Assembly (NCBI RefSeq): GCF_036321535.1
Contig: NC_087460.1
Span: 4,960,001 to 5,024,000 of the forward strand
DNA length: 64,000 nt
Direction: 5' to 3'
Source of the DNA: Camelus dromedarius
Taxonomy: Eukaryota
Below, piece by piece: positions 30,201 to 46,199 of this stretch; the first letter of the stretch is position 1; every line of letters begins with the position of its first letter. The translations under genes and the position numbers were made by a program. Below the pieces are notes generated by a model that ran no database searches, was not told the origin of the DNA, and saw nothing but the letters and a program-made list of their open reading frames with translations.

Positions 30201-33200
30201 AGGCCCATCCCGCTGGGCTCCCCCTTTGTTCTGAGCTCCCATAGGTCTCAGTTACCCCCTCTCACCTCTTTCTCTTGGTGTCATTAAAACTCAACGCGTG
30301 TGTTTTTTAGCTCCTTTCTCTTCCGAGCTGACCACACTGCATCCCATCCACCCTCCCCGTTCATCCCTTCCCTGGTGCTCATGACTGACCTTGCCCTTCC
30401 TGCCTCATTGCAGAAAGAGGAAGACGCGACTGCCGGCACTGGAGACCCTCCCCGCAAGAAGCCCACCCGGCTAGCTATCGGTGAGCATTGCTGCTGTCCT
30501 GTGCTCCTCCCTGAGCTCTCAGAGCTGCTAGGAAAGCCCCCTGCAAGATGGGCCCTGGAGCCCTGGAGGGGCCAAGGTGAAGTGCTGTGTCAGAGGACTG
30601 GCACCGACCTGTGGTGGTCAGCCTACTCCCCCTCTTCTTTCCTGTCTCACCAGGTGTTGAAGGCGGGTTTAACCTCAATGAGGAGAAGTTTGAATATGAT
30701 GAGGATGTGAAAATCGTCATTTTGCCAGATTATCTGGAAATAGCCCGGGATGGGTTGGGGGGACTGCCCGACATCGTGAGAGATCGGGTATGAATACCAG
30801 CCCACCCTGCCGAAGAGTCTAGGGCCGGGGGGTGGGGGCCAGAGCAGTCACGTCTTGGGCAAGCCCTGAGCAAGCTAAAGGCCACGGGGCTAGAGGGGCG
30901 TGCAGGGCTGTGGGCTGGGTCCTGTCTCTGACCCTCTGCTTCCCCCAGGTGACCAGTGCGGTAGAGGCCCTACTGTCAGCCGATTCGGCCTCTCGCAAGC
31001 AGGAGGTGCAGGCCTGGGACGGGGAAGTACGGCAGGTGTCTAAGCATGCCTTCAACCTCAAGCAGCTGGACAACCCTGCTCGAATCCCTCCCTGGTGAGG
31101 CCTGGCCCCTCTGCCTCGGGGCACAACCCCAGAGCAAGGCAAAGAGGCCACCCTCCCGGGGGATCTGGTGGGAGAGAGAGTCGGAAGCAGGATGAATGGG
31201 GAGACGCGGGGGAGCTGAATGAAGCAAGGGGATGTCCAGAGGAAATGAGAAGAGAGAGGTCTTGGACCAGCCGGGGGCCCCCAGAGCCCTCTCTCCGCCA
31301 CTCCCCTAAACCCTGACCCGTATTCCAGCTAACTTTCTTCTCCCGGGGTTAGCGGCTGGAAGTGCTCCAAGTGTGACATGAGGGAGAACCTGTGGCTCAA
31401 CCTGACGGATGGCTCCATCCTCTGTGGCCGGCGCTACTTCGACGGCAGTGGGGGCAACAACCACGCTGTGGAGCACTACAGGGAGATGGGCTACCCGTTA
31501 GCTGTCAAGCTGGGCACCATCACTCCCGATGGAGCTGGTACTCCCCCCTCCGCCAGCCGCCTCCACGCGGAAATCCCTGGGTCTTAACCGTTAACTCATC
31601 TCATATGACACGAGTAGCCCATGAGTTCATCTCTCGATAAACTGTGAAAGTGTTGCAGATGAGCCTGTCTGCAGTTAACTTCCCAAACCCAGGCCCCTTC
31701 CCAGGGGTCCCCGACATTATCTATTAGTGTGTATCCTTCCAAACCCATTGCACTGTAGAACCTCATCCCACAGGGTGGGGTCACACTTAATCCCAACCCT
31801 CACCCTGTTTCACCCCATCTTCCCTGGCAGCCAGTCCCAGAGGGCTTGTGTCCTCACTGACATTCAACAGAGCAAAGAGGGTGACCCTGGGCTCGTCCTT
31901 CTGTTCCACAGAGGCCCCGCAGGGCAAGGGGTGGGGTTGGTGGCCAGGCCGGACCTGAGCCACCCCCTCTGACACTGCTCCTGCCTCCTGCATTAGACGT
32001 GTACTCATATGACGAGGATGACATGGTCCTGGACCCCAACCTGGCCGAGCATCTGTCCCACTTTGGTATCGACATGCTGAAGATGCAGAAGGTGAGACCC
32101 CTTCTGCTCTAGTTCTCTCATCCCTGCGCATCAGGCCCTCCTTCATTGCCCGAGGCTGAGGCAGGGTGCTGGGGAGGAGTGCCAGTGATCCCAGGCCCCA
32201 GATATGTGAGCTTCCTGTGAGAAACTTTCTAGAATCATTTATTTGTTCATTGAATGCTACTGAGTACCTACTGTGTGCTAGTCGCCATGAATAAGACAGG
32301 ATGTGGTCCGGTGTGGTCCTTGCTCTCATAGGCTTATGTTCTAGATGAGAGGCAGGTGTTAATCACATGCTCACGCAAATACGTGAATAACTGTAAACTG
32401 TGGGGGGCGCTGCAACAGTTTACAGCAGGGGATCAAGGGATTGTCCTCGAGGAAATGATGCTTGGGTGGAGATCTGAGGGTGAGAGGGGTGACTTCAGGA
32501 TGGAGAAGCACTTCAGCTGGAGGGAGTCAAGCGTTCGTTTCATTCCCTCATTCAGGCAGAGGCCTGATGCTTGACAGGCCCTGGGGCAATTGCCTGTGAC
32601 CTTCTGGAACTCCTACTGGGTGATATCCAGTGTGCCTCCCCTGCTAGAGTCCTGGAGTCCATAATTCAGCGAACTCTGGGTTCCAGCTGGCTGTCGTCCT
32701 CTACCCTGTGAGAGATCAATGTAAAAGATCAGGGCTGCGTTTTGCAGCCAGTCTGAAGTGCCTCTTCCCGTGCAGACGGACAAGACAATGACAGAGTTGG
32801 AGATCGATATGAACCAGAGGATCGGCGAGTGGGAGCTGATCCAGGAGTCAGGGGTACCGCTGAAGCCCCTGTTCGGGCCTGGCTACACGGGCATCCGGAA
32901 CCTGGGCAACAGCTGCTACCTCAACTCGGTGGTCCAGGTGCTCTTCAGCATCTCTGACTTCCAGAGGAAGTGAGTGCTGCCCTCTCCCCGTCCCCGAGGG
33001 CCCCGGCTCCTCCCAGCGGCCAGCCTCCAGGCCCCCTCCTTTGGCTGCCCTCAGGACCTCTGTTTTAGCCCAGCTGTAGTTCCTGGTTCACAGGGAGGGG
33101 AACAGGTTATAGACCCGTCCCACTGCCACCCGGTCACACACAAACCCCCCGAGGGGGCTGACTGCCAGACCCCAGGGCCCTCTGAGGCCTCCTGACTGAA

Positions 33201-36200
33201 TTAAGGGTGAGCAGGTGGTCTTCATTTTAGGCCAGTGACATCAGATGAACACCTAATGTGGACACGGAGCCTTTGGGGAGAGGGGAGGGCTTGGGACACA
33301 AAATTAGAAGATAGGCAACTTCTCAGTATAAATGAGTTTGCTGTCTAATCTGGAAGGCGTGATGCACGTGTGAAAACTTGGAACGTTTTAGAACAAGTTC
33401 TGTTCGAAGAATCTGAACTGTATTTATCCTCCTGGGCTGTCTTCGCCTTCCCTTGACTCTCTTGGGGAGGAGCCTGGAGTATACTGCATGCTGACCGAGT
33501 TGGGAAGTGGAGGAAGAGGAGGGAGGGGCTTGCCAGAAAGAAACGGACTGCAGGGTTCAGCTCTGTGCCTCCCCACTTTGGAGGGGGCCTGTTCACTGAG
33601 CTAGTAGATAATTGCTCCCTTCCCTTTCCTCTGAGCCTGGGCCAAACCCCTCAAACTACCCTTCCCTTGGCTCTTAGGTACGTGGATAAGCTGGAGAAGA
33701 TCTTCCAGAACGCCCCAACCGACCCTACCCAGGACTTCAGCACGCAGGTGTATGTAGCCAGCCCTGTGCACAGAGGCTGTTGAGAGCCCTGCAGCCTGTG
33801 GGCAGCAGTTTAGCCCCTGGCCAGCTAGATGATTGCCTTCTGAGCATGCTCTCTGCCCTGAGTTGGTCTCCTGGGGAATCTAAGGTTTTTCACATTTCAG
33901 GGAGTTGTGTCAGGAGGGCTTGGAGCAGGGGTTGAGTTAGGGAGGAAAAGGCATAGATTGGTGTCGGACGATCATTAGTTGACAGAAGCTGAATGGGTTT
34001 CTTGGATGTTAACACAGGGCCAAGCTGGGCCACGGCCTTCTCTCGGGAGAGTATTCCAAGCCAGCACCAGAGTCAGGTGATGGAGAGCAGGTGCCAGAAC
34101 AGAAGGTGAGTCTGGGCCCCTGTCCCTTTCAGGCTCTGGAATCGTGGGGCCACTGAGGTCTGGGAGATATCTCAGGAAGGCCACTTGGTGACCTCTAGGG
34201 CCCCAGCTGAATCACTGCCCTGGCTCTGCCTAGGAAGTTCAAGATGGCATTGCCCCTCGGATGTTCAAGACCCTCATTGGCAAGGGTCACCCCGAGTTCT
34301 CCACCAACCGGCAGCAGGATGCCCAAGAGTTTTTCCTTCACCTTATCAACATGGTGGAGGTGAGGCCTGGGAAGAGGGGCCGGGGGGCGCTCTTCACCCT
34401 CCTCCCGTGGGCCTGCAGTTGGAGTCGCTCCCTTCTCCCTGCTCCCCATTCTTCCCTCTGTCCCACCCCACTCGCCCGTGACCCAACAGTGTTCACACCC
34501 TGAGCCTTTCCTGCGAGTAGGGGTTCCCCTGAGAGCAGCAAAGCCGTGAGCCTTACGCTTGATGGGCTTGCAGCCTAGAGAAGGGAACTCCCGAAGACAG
34601 TGCTGGGAGGATGCTTAGTGCTTGTGAAGAAAGTCCAGGCACGTTCCTACAGGGCGGCAGTGGGCCCGAACTTGATGGGGGCGGGTGATTAGGGAAAGCT
34701 TCCACTCTGCTCCTGCATCCCTTTGCCTCTTTGTGGTCGTCTCCCTTCCACTCCCCTCTCCCTGACCCCCCAGTGACTCTTTTAGGCCCCCATTCTAGGG
34801 CTTGGCTGCCCAGAGCTCCCAACCCCACGTCTTTCCCATAGAGGAATTGCCGGAGCTCTGAAAATCCTAATGAAGTGTTCCGCTTCCTGGTGGAGGAGAA
34901 GATCAAGTGCCTGGCCACGGAGAAGGTGAAGTACACCCAGCGCGTGGACTACATCATGCAGCTGCCTGTGCCCATGGACGCGGCCCTGAACAAAGGTAGG
35001 GTGCTCTGCGGTGCCAGCGGGACCTGGGCGCGCGGGGCTGCTGTCTGAGGCCCGCGAGCAGTGCCTGGGCGCCTCACAGGAACAGAGCCCAGTCCGCCCT
35101 GCTCAGCAGAGCTGTTGGGAGAGAGGCAGGATCACAGCCGGGTGTGGGTCAGGTGGATCTGGGGAGGCAGAGGAGCTGAGGGGGTCGTGACCCAGAGCCA
35201 GTAGGTCAAGGTTAAGGAGGGAAAGAGGCAGCCCCCTCTGAAGGCTCCACCTGCTGGTTCTGCCACCAGAGGAGCTTCTGGAGTATGAGGAGAAGAAGCG
35301 GCAGGCTGAGGAGGAGAAGCTGCCACTGCCAGAGCTGGTTCGGGCCCAGGTGCCCTTCAGCTCCTGCCTGGAGGCCTACGGGGCCCCCGAGCAGGTGGAC
35401 GACTTCTGGAGCACGGCCCTGCAGGCCAAGTCCGTAGCTGTCAAGTAAGTCCTGTGGGTCCGGGCCTATGTAAGGGTAACCCTGAAGATGCTGTCGGCCT
35501 CTTTTGCATTCTCGTGTCCCTTTGTGGTCAGAATCTCAGGCTTGTATCAGTTGAGGCTGGTACTCTGGCCCTGAGGGAACCAAGAAGCCCTAGCAGGAGT
35601 GGATGCAGGTGATTGCTACGTGTCACCTTGTCCTGCCCAGTCCCTCCTCCCCAGGGGGTCAGGGCCACTTTCTGGTACAGCCTCTCTCCGTTTACTCCCC
35701 CTGTCCCAGCAGAGCACAGGCCCTTAGTAACAGTCGTGGACAGAGCTGAGATTTCCGGCAAAGGGCCTCACTTAAGCCCATCGTTGGCATGAGCTTAAAT
35801 GTGAAGGAGTGATTTGGTCTCAGGGATTTCACCGTCTGCCCCATTGCTCCTCCTGACGGTAGGACAGCGCCCCCTGCTGTTGCTGCTGCTCCTTGTCTGC
35901 AGAGGCTCTGATGCCTGCCCAGGGCGGGAAAAGAATATGGGACATCTGGGCTCTTCGGTCTTCCACCCATGAGAGGCTGAACCCAGGTGGGGCTTTCAGG
36001 AGATGTTCTCTGGGTGCCAGGACTTTCTCTCTTCCCTAGGACCACGCGATTTGCCTCATTCCCTGACTACCTGGTCATCCAGATCAAGAAGTTCACCTTC
36101 GGCCTAGACTGGGTGCCCAAGAAACTGGGTATGGGGGCTGGGATGAGTGAGGGAGGTAAAGCAGAAAGTGCTAGAAAAAGAAGGAGGCCTTAATACTTAA

Positions 36201-39200
36201 ACGAGTGCTTCTCCAATTTTCCTCTGAGAGGGGAAATGTTACCTTAGATGTGTCAAAATGTGTCTAGTTTCAGGAGTGGGGGGCATAGCTCAGTGGTAGA
36301 GCACCATGCTTGGCCATCTCCAGTACTTCTGTTAAGGTAGAAAAAAAATGTGTCTAGTTTGAAAAGCACTGACTAAAAAAAATTAAGGCTTCTTTGATTT
36401 TTATAATTATTATTTACAACCAAAAGTGATTTTCATAGTTTTATTTCTATAATTGGTAAGGTGTTTTCATTTTGATAGTCTTGAAACAATTTATTATCAC
36501 GAGTCTCATGAGCCCCTAACAACTTGGCGAATTGCAGGATTAAGTTCATGTCCTAGACAAGTTGACCCCATGGAAGTATACATTGGTTCTGTCGCACAGT
36601 CGCAGGCCACTTCCTGGCTTGTGGATCGGTGGTGGTAGATCTAGAACTGGAATCCAGGTCTCCTGAGCCCCCAGGCCGGTGATTATTTTTACTACATGAG
36701 ACCCCTGCGATGGGTCCTGCTTGGAGCAGCTCCTTATTACAGCACAAGATGGGGGCAGGGGCTTGAGATTCCCAGAGTGCTTTTCTCAGGAGGGCCTCAC
36801 GGAGTTGTCCAGGTGACCCTCCTTCTGCCGTTCCACCGGCAGATGTGTCCATTGAGATGCCCGAGGAGCTAGACGTCTCCCANNNNNNNNNNNNNNNNNN
36901 NNNNNNNNNNNNNNNNNNNNNNNNNNNNNNNNNNNNNNNNNNNNNNNNNNNNNNNNNNNNNNNNNNNNNNNNNNNNNNNNNNNNNNNNNNNNNNNNNNNN
37001 NNNNNNNNNNNNNNNNNNNNNNNNNNNNNNNNNNNNNNNNNNNNNNNNNNNNNNNNNNNNNNNNNNNNNNGCTGATGGGGGTCTTCTCTGCCTGACTCCC
37101 CTTGACCCTGTACTTTGTGTTTCTCCTGTCCTCCCTTTCAAATTTCCTCAGCCCTCTTTTGATGGACGTGAGGACCGATAGAGCGCTCCAGCCACACTGT
37201 GTGCATGGCACTAGTACCAGCTGATTACCCTCGTTCCTGCATGGGGTGGGGGCGGGGGATCAGACCCCAGAAATGGCCTGTTCTGTGAAACCCAGCAAGG
37301 AAGGGGCTTCCTGGGGGCTCGTTAGGCTCAGTTCTGTACCTTTAGGGTACTGCAGGCCCCACATTGTGTTGTCATCCTAGTTCTGGAATAAGGTGCCAGG
37401 CCCTGGGAGAAAAATGCATTGAATGGGTGGTTGGGAGAGGGCCGGGGGTTGGACTGTGGGAGGGAGGAGGGGCAGGGAGTGGCCTCAGGCCTCAGACGCC
37501 TGAGGCCACTCCCTGCCCCTGCTTCTCTTCCAATAGCACCCATGTTAGATGAATCAGTCATCATCCAGCTGGTGGAGATGGGCTTCCCTATGGACGCCTG
37601 CCGCAAAGCCGTCTACTACACGGGCAATAGCGGGGCCGAGGCTGCCATGAACTGGGTCATGTCACACATGGACGATCCAGGTCAGCTGGGGTGGGGAGCT
37701 GGGTGGGACGGGGGCCCCCATCCTCCCCCAAACACTTCAACCCCTTCACATCTGCAGATTTTGCAAACCCCCTCATCCTGCCTGGCTCCAGCGGACCTGG
37801 CTCCACAAGCGCCGCGGCTGACCCCCCACCGGAGGACTGTGTGGCCACCATTGTATCCATGGGCTTCTCCCGGGACCAGGCCCTGAAAGCTCTGCGGGCC
37901 ACGGTATGGGCTGCCCCCAGCGGAGGACAGGTCCTGGGGAAGGAGTGGGTGGCAGCGAGGTTCCATCCCTTACAGGCAAGAACAGTGACCACCCGCGTGG
38001 TGCGGCCGATCTGTGTGGGGCTCCACTCTCGTGGCTGTGACGTGGAAGCTGAGGCCTCCACTGGGGCTTTCTCCACCCCGAGCTTGCTAGTAAAAGTAAC
38101 GCTTCCCTCCTCCCCCAGAACAACAGTTTAGAACGAGCCGTGGACTGGATCTTCAGTCACATTGATGACCTGGATGCAGAAGCTGCCATGGACATCTCAG
38201 AGGGCCGCTCAGCTGCCGACTCCATCTCTGAATCCATACCAGTGGGCCCTAAAGTCCGGGATGGTCCTGGAAGTGAGTGTCCTGGGGAAACAGGACAGGC
38301 CTGGTGGAATCTAACCAGTCGGCTACACCAGGTCCTCATCCCAAGGCAGCTCTGCTTCCCCTGTGGGTGACGGGGGTGCATAGGGGTCAGAACCTTCTTT
38401 CTACTGACGTGACTCCTGAAGGTGGGATCCTGGGAGGCTGAGATAGACTTTGGCTCATTACACGCCCCACAGGCTGAGAAGTCACGTCCTGAGCTCGGGC
38501 TGTTAGATATATTTCCCTCGCTGCCTTCTCTGCTGTCTCTCCCCTCCCTAGAGTATCAGCTCTTTGCCTTCATCAGTCACATGGGCACCTCGACCATGTG
38601 TGGTCACTATGTCTGCCACATCAAGAAGGAAGGCAGGTGAGGGGCCGGCACGTGCATTTTGAGTGCGGGGTGGGTGGGGATGGGTAGGGACATCCTGGAA
38701 GTCCCCAGAATCTTTGTGGGGGAAGGTAAAAGACTGCCTGACGGGGCACAGATTCACCAGAAATTGACAGAAAGCCTGCCAGCAAGGAGCAGCAGACTAG
38801 GGCCCAAGGGCTGAATCCAGCCACTTGCTTTAGTAAATAAAGTTTTTAAGAGCGTGGCCACACTTAACTCATTTATGTATTGTCTGTGGCTCTTTTCACG
38901 CTGCATCAGGAAAGTTGAGTAGTTGTGTCAGAGACCAGGTGGCCTGCAAAATCTAAATAGCTCCCGTCTGGCCCTTGACACAGTTTGCCAGCCCCTACCC
39001 AGCGGGAGTGGGTGGTAAAGATACCACGGGGTCTGAAGACCCCGAGTAGAGTAGGAATGACCCTATGAGGTTGGGATGCTCCCTTCAAGCAGGTGGCAGC
39101 CGGACTGTAGGTTTGGGGGCCCAGGCAGAGTATGTGGGGAGCCTTTGCCCAAGAATCACCAGGATCAACTCCAGGGGTGGCGCAGACCGGGTTGATGCAG

Positions 39201-39341
39201 CTTGGAAGGCCTGGGTGGTTCATCCTCTCCCCCGACCCCTCCCCTAGATGGGTGATCTACAACGACCAGAAAGTGTGTGCCTCTGAGAAGCCGCCCAAGG
39301 ACCTGGGCTACATCTACTTCTACCAGAGAGTGGCCAGCTAA
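27202..39341 (+). CDS. USP5: Ubiquitin carboxyl-terminal hydrolase 5 (isopeptidase T), 20 exons
   Basis: Exons 27202-27312, 30051-30176, 30414-30480, 30654-30787, 30949-31094, 31353-31537, 31997-32091, 32776-32969, 33678-33749, 34018-34105, 34234-34359, 34842-34995, 35270-35444, 36040-36128, 36843-(donor inside N-run), 37537-37680, 37758-37903, 38119-38272, 38552-38636, 39248-39341. ZnF-UBP, Cys box GNSCYLNS, two UBA domains, His box CGHYVCHI. A 192-nt exon 15 gives 858 aa. Confidence 0.97.
27420..27763. promoter_or_regulatory. Cluster of ACTACA-nnn-CCC (ZNF143/THAP11-type) motifs in USP5 intron 1
   Basis: Copies at 27420-27431(-), 27467-27478(-, variant), 27482-27500(+), 27543-27554(-), 27607-27619(+), 27674-27685(-), 27751-27763(+, variant). 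Confidence 0.7.
32230..32560. mobile_element. L2 3'-end fragment (USP5 intron 7)
   Basis: 'atttatttgttcattgaatgctactgagtacctactgtgtgctag...ccttgctctcataggcttatgttctag' is an L2 terminus pattern. Confidence 0.6.
36271..36344 (+). mobile_element. Short, internally deleted vic-1-like SINE with perfect 16-bp TSD
   Basis: ggggggcatagctcagtggtagagcaccatgcttggccatctccagtacttc + A tail, flanked by aaaatgtgtctagttt at 36255-36270 and 36345-36360. Confidence 0.85.
36883..37070. other. N-run (188 nt) covering most of USP5 exon 15 and its donor site(s)
   Basis: Starts 40 nt into the exon; intronic sequence follows. Confidence 0.98.
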
Positions 39342-39853
39342 GAGCCTGCCTGGAGTCCAGACCACTGAGGGCAGGGGACAGACCACCGGGCGTGGGGGGT
39401 GGGGCTGAGGGGTGGGCGGCAGCCCCCCTGCTCTGTACCCTTTTTTCTTTTTGCCTCCAGCAGAAGGAAAGCAGCTAGAGGCCCTAGGAGAATGGCCAAG
39501 CAAAGCCGTGGGATACTTTGGGGTTGGAGCAGGAAGGGGATGGGAGGGACCGGCCACCTGTGAGGAGATTGTTGCTTTCCTGCCCTTGACCCCACAGCGC
39601 TCTGCTTCTCTGTGATCCCGCCGGCCCAGCGTCGAGCGGGCTTGTTTGTGTGTGTGGCGTGGGTGTAGCTTCGTGCAGCCTCTTCCACAGGAGGGGGCGT
39701 CTGTGCCTCCCCTCCCTCTTTGTGTTTGCTCCCCGTGTGGTTGGGCACGGAGGGATATGAGGGAAATGGGGACCCCCTTCGCCCTCCTGCCTCAGTCTTT
39801 CCCCCACCCTATCTCACCCCGGTCCTCTGGAAAATGCCAAAATACAGGATGTG

Positions 39854-39859
39854 AATAAA
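39854..39859 (+). terminator. USP5 polyadenylation signal (AATAAA)
   Basis: Canonical hexamer ~510 nt after the stop codon, followed by GT-rich sequence. Confidence 0.85.
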
Positions 39860-39952
39860 GGTACCATGGCTAAGTCGTGTCCTGTCTGATACTTTGGGGG
39901 AGGCTGTCCTCCTGGGGCTAGCAGGAGGGCCAGTATCTAAAAACACCTGGCC

Positions 39953-39984
39953 CTGCCCCTCTGCCCCTCTGCCCCTCTGCCCCT
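39953..39984. repeat. (CTGCCCCT)x4 tandem repeat
   Basis: Four exact 8-mers at 39953, 39961, 39969, 39977. Confidence 0.95.
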
Positions 39985-40390
39985 CAGCGCCCCCTTGGAG
40001 GCAGTTCTTGGGAAACTGGGCTGAGTGAAGAGAGCACGGGGGATGGGGGGCAGGCAGTCAGATGAGGGGAAGTGAAGTGGGGGTGACAGACCAAAGATGG
40101 GTTTAAAGAGCCCTTCCTTCCAGCCGTCGCACGAGAGGGGGCCCAAGTAGGTAATTCCCAAATGTCCTCAGTGGTTAGGGAGCCCCGGGCCCCAGGCCCT
40201 GCAGTCCTCCCTCAGGCCTTGGTCAGAGTGGGATACCGGGGTGGGGGGCAGACTTCTCAACTGCCTATCTTACCTGCAGTTTCTAGCGAACATGGGCCGT
40301 TCCCCCCGCCCCCGCCCCGCTGAACCCTGTTACTTGCGCAGTCAGTTACTGTGGGGCTAGGCTGGCCCTGGGATGGTCAGAGGTGCCTGA

Positions 40391-43551
<3,161 letters not shown>

Positions 43552-44006
43552 CCCAGATCTCCCTTACCCTTCCTGCTGAGCCAGGGACTAGGTAGCTCAG
43601 AAGCCCAATGTAACTGTGCCGCCCCCCCCACCCCCACACATGCTTCTGATGGTGTCACCTGCCCCCTTTCGTGGCCTAATCCAAAGTGTACCTCTTCCTT
43701 TACCATTTACACCCTACCCTGTTAATGGTTGGGACCAGGCCAATCCTGCCTCCACTTACTGTACCAGTTGGAACTAAACCTGTCAACAAGGTGGCTTCTC
43801 CTAGGCTGGGATGTGGGAGAGGTGGTTCGCTCGTGGGTCCCCTCAGTCCCCAGTGAAAGCAGGAGAGAGAAACAATCCTGTCCCATCTCGCGCCATGAGG
43901 CCAAGGGCTGAGAGAAAGCCCTGTCCTCCGCTGAGGCCAGGGTGCTGCTCCTTCCCACGGTGCCAACGCCTGTGTGTTGTCTGTGAGCAGTCCCACGTGT
44001 GGGGGA

Positions 44007-44012
44007 AATAAA
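44007..44012 (+). terminator. TPI1 polyadenylation signal (AATAAA)
   Basis: Canonical hexamer followed by 'cacttggcactgagccttgtggtgtgtcc'. Confidence 0.85.
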
Positions 44013-44151
44013 CACTTGGCACTGAGCCTTGTGGTGTGTCCTTCTTCACCGAACTTGCCAGATCACCTTTTTCCTTTTGGAGGCAGCCAAGGGACCCTTG
44101 TGCAAAATAATACCACAGACAGGTTTCTACAGCAGCACTTTTCTTACTATT

Positions 44152-44157
44152 TTTACT
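44152..44157 (-). terminator. Possible SPSB2 polyadenylation signal (AGTAAA variant)
   Basis: tttact on plus; I saw no canonical AATAAA on minus between the SPSB2 stop and the TPI1 signal. Confidence 0.4.
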
Positions 44158-44387
44158 TGCAAACGTGTCTTGCATCCCAGGCTGCCACAGCCTTGAATAC
44201 CAGCCCCCTCCCATCCCCCTCTGGGTGGCCCTGGGGCTGTTGTGCTCCCCAGAACTGGGGTTGGGGTGGAGCCCAGCCTCACTGGCTTTAGTTTGGGTAG
44301 CTGGTCTCGGCCAGCAGTGACTCCTCCCTGCTCCAGCCCCCAAGAGGGGTGGGGTCCAGGCCCCAGTGCAAACTGGTGTCACAGGGG

Positions 44388-46112
44388 TCATTGGTAGAGC
44401 AGGTAGCGCTTCATGGCAGGGGGCAAGGGCAGAGCAGATACATGGCCAAGCCGGGTATCCCCCAGGGCGCGGCGCACACATAGGCGGCTCAGGTGCAGAA
44501 GGGAGTGTGGCTCCGCTGGGAGAGAGAAGAGGGGAAGGTAAGTAGGGGGTGTGTCCACCAGCCAGACATCCTCAAACCACAGGCCCCCACCTGCTTTCCT
44601 GCTGCAAGTCTGCTCCCACCTTGGTTGAGAGGGTGATCTAAGGCACCCTGAAGTTCTGCATCTGCTCTTGGGGCAGGGGGAGGCACCACGGATTTCACAC
44701 ATCCCCAGTCAGAGCTGGGGTGATGCTCGAAGGCCCTCTAAGCAACAGGCCAAGGTGGCTCCAACAGCAGTGGAGCTAGCCCAGGCTTCCATTCCAGAGA
44801 GGCCTTGAAGCTGGGGCTGAGGAGATGAAGGGCCCTCCACTCTCCAACAGCAGCCACCCTCTGCTGAAGACTTTGCAACTGCAGAGAACAGTTAAGTCCG
44901 GTCAGCCCCAAGGCCTGGCTCCATCAGTTCTCCCAAGGCCCTGCCTCCTTCACTGCTCTCCTGCCTGTTGCTGGGGGGCCTCAATGGCTCCCTCTGGGGT
45001 TTGACTGAGGAAGGAGGCAGCCATGCATTCTAGAGAGTCATAGGCCAGTCAGTCTGGCACACAACCTGGGTGCCTGGCACTGCCAGTCCTATTGCTTTGG
45101 GACTTGCACACCTAGACCAGTACACACTTAACCCTTGGCACCTCTTGCTGCAGGGGCTGATCTCTCCGGTGAAGCCCTAATCCCTGTGGCATGCTTCTCT
45201 CCATTCTGAGGGGTCACCACTTACTAGCAAGCTGCCTTCCCAAGTCTTACTTTTAACTCCATGGCTGTTAGAAAAATTAAATTAGGTAACAGCTGTGAAG
45301 GCCCTTCGCCATTCCTGGCACTGAATAGGGGTAGGAGACCAGTCAGATGAAGGCCCGTTCCCACTGCTCCTGTAAGGCATTGAGTTTCCATTCCAAACTA
45401 CAGCCACCAGGGGCAGAACACTCTCCCCACACCTGCTCCAGGGCTCACCTCTCCTTTCGCCCAGGTAGCTGATGCGGACCTGGCACTGGCCCCAGACGGC
45501 GCTTACTGCTGGATAGAGAGTCCTGCCCTTCAGTCCGTGGAAGGCGGGACCCAAGTAGGTGCCCCCAATAGCGTAGCCCAGAGTTCCCTCCTCCATGTCC
45601 AGAATCACCAGCAGCCTCTCTGGCACCTCCAGCTGCTCACCCTGAGGTCCGGCTGGATACTGGGGGGCGCCAGGCCCCTTGCTCTGATGGTACAGCTTCC
45701 CCCGCCCAATGTCCCAGCCCCACGACTCGCTGTTGCTGCCCAGCAGCGCCGCATAGTGGTCAGCCTGCAGCGGGGCGAGGGCCGTGGCCACGCCCACCAC
45801 GGCGTGGGTGCCCCTCTGCTCAGGGGACCAGGTGATCTCCCAAGCGTGCAGACCCCTCGAGTAACCCCTCTTACCCCGGGCCCCATCAGTGCTCTGGGCC
45901 ACGGGCCTCCGTTCAAAGCACAACCCCCCTTCCTTGACCTCGATGTTCTCTGAGCAGTCCTTGGGATTCCAGCCGTGGCGTCGCTGGGCCCCCAGATCAG
46001 GAGGGGGAGCAGAAAGCAGCTCCTCCAAGCCCTCGGGACAAGAGAGGTCAGGGCACAGGGCCTGAGGGGTGGAGGTGCTGCTGCTGCCCCCTGCCAAGGC
46101 CGTCTGGCCCAT
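44388..46112 (-). CDS. SPSB2: SPRY domain-containing SOCS box protein 2, 263 aa, 2 coding exons
   Basis: Exons 46112-45449 (664 nt) and 44515-44388 (128 nt). SPRY/B30.2 domain (RGTHAVVGVAT, HYAALLG, VSAVWGQC) and SOCS box (SLLHLSRLCVR...LPLPPAMKRYLLYQ). UTR acceptor gives exon start at 46195. Confidence 0.97.
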
Positions 46113-46199
46113 GGAGGTGAGGAGCGGGAGGATTCCCCGAAAGAGTCTTGCTGGCGTCTCCTCTTCTGAAAGTTGAGCTCCTGTTTGGGATCGACCTAG

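Noticed and set aside
32953-34275. Apparent USP5 substitutions versus human as I recall it (SISDF for SIPDF; MFKTL for MFKAL)
   Set aside because: Single changes outside the catalytic motifs, judged from memory only; could be species differences or base errors.
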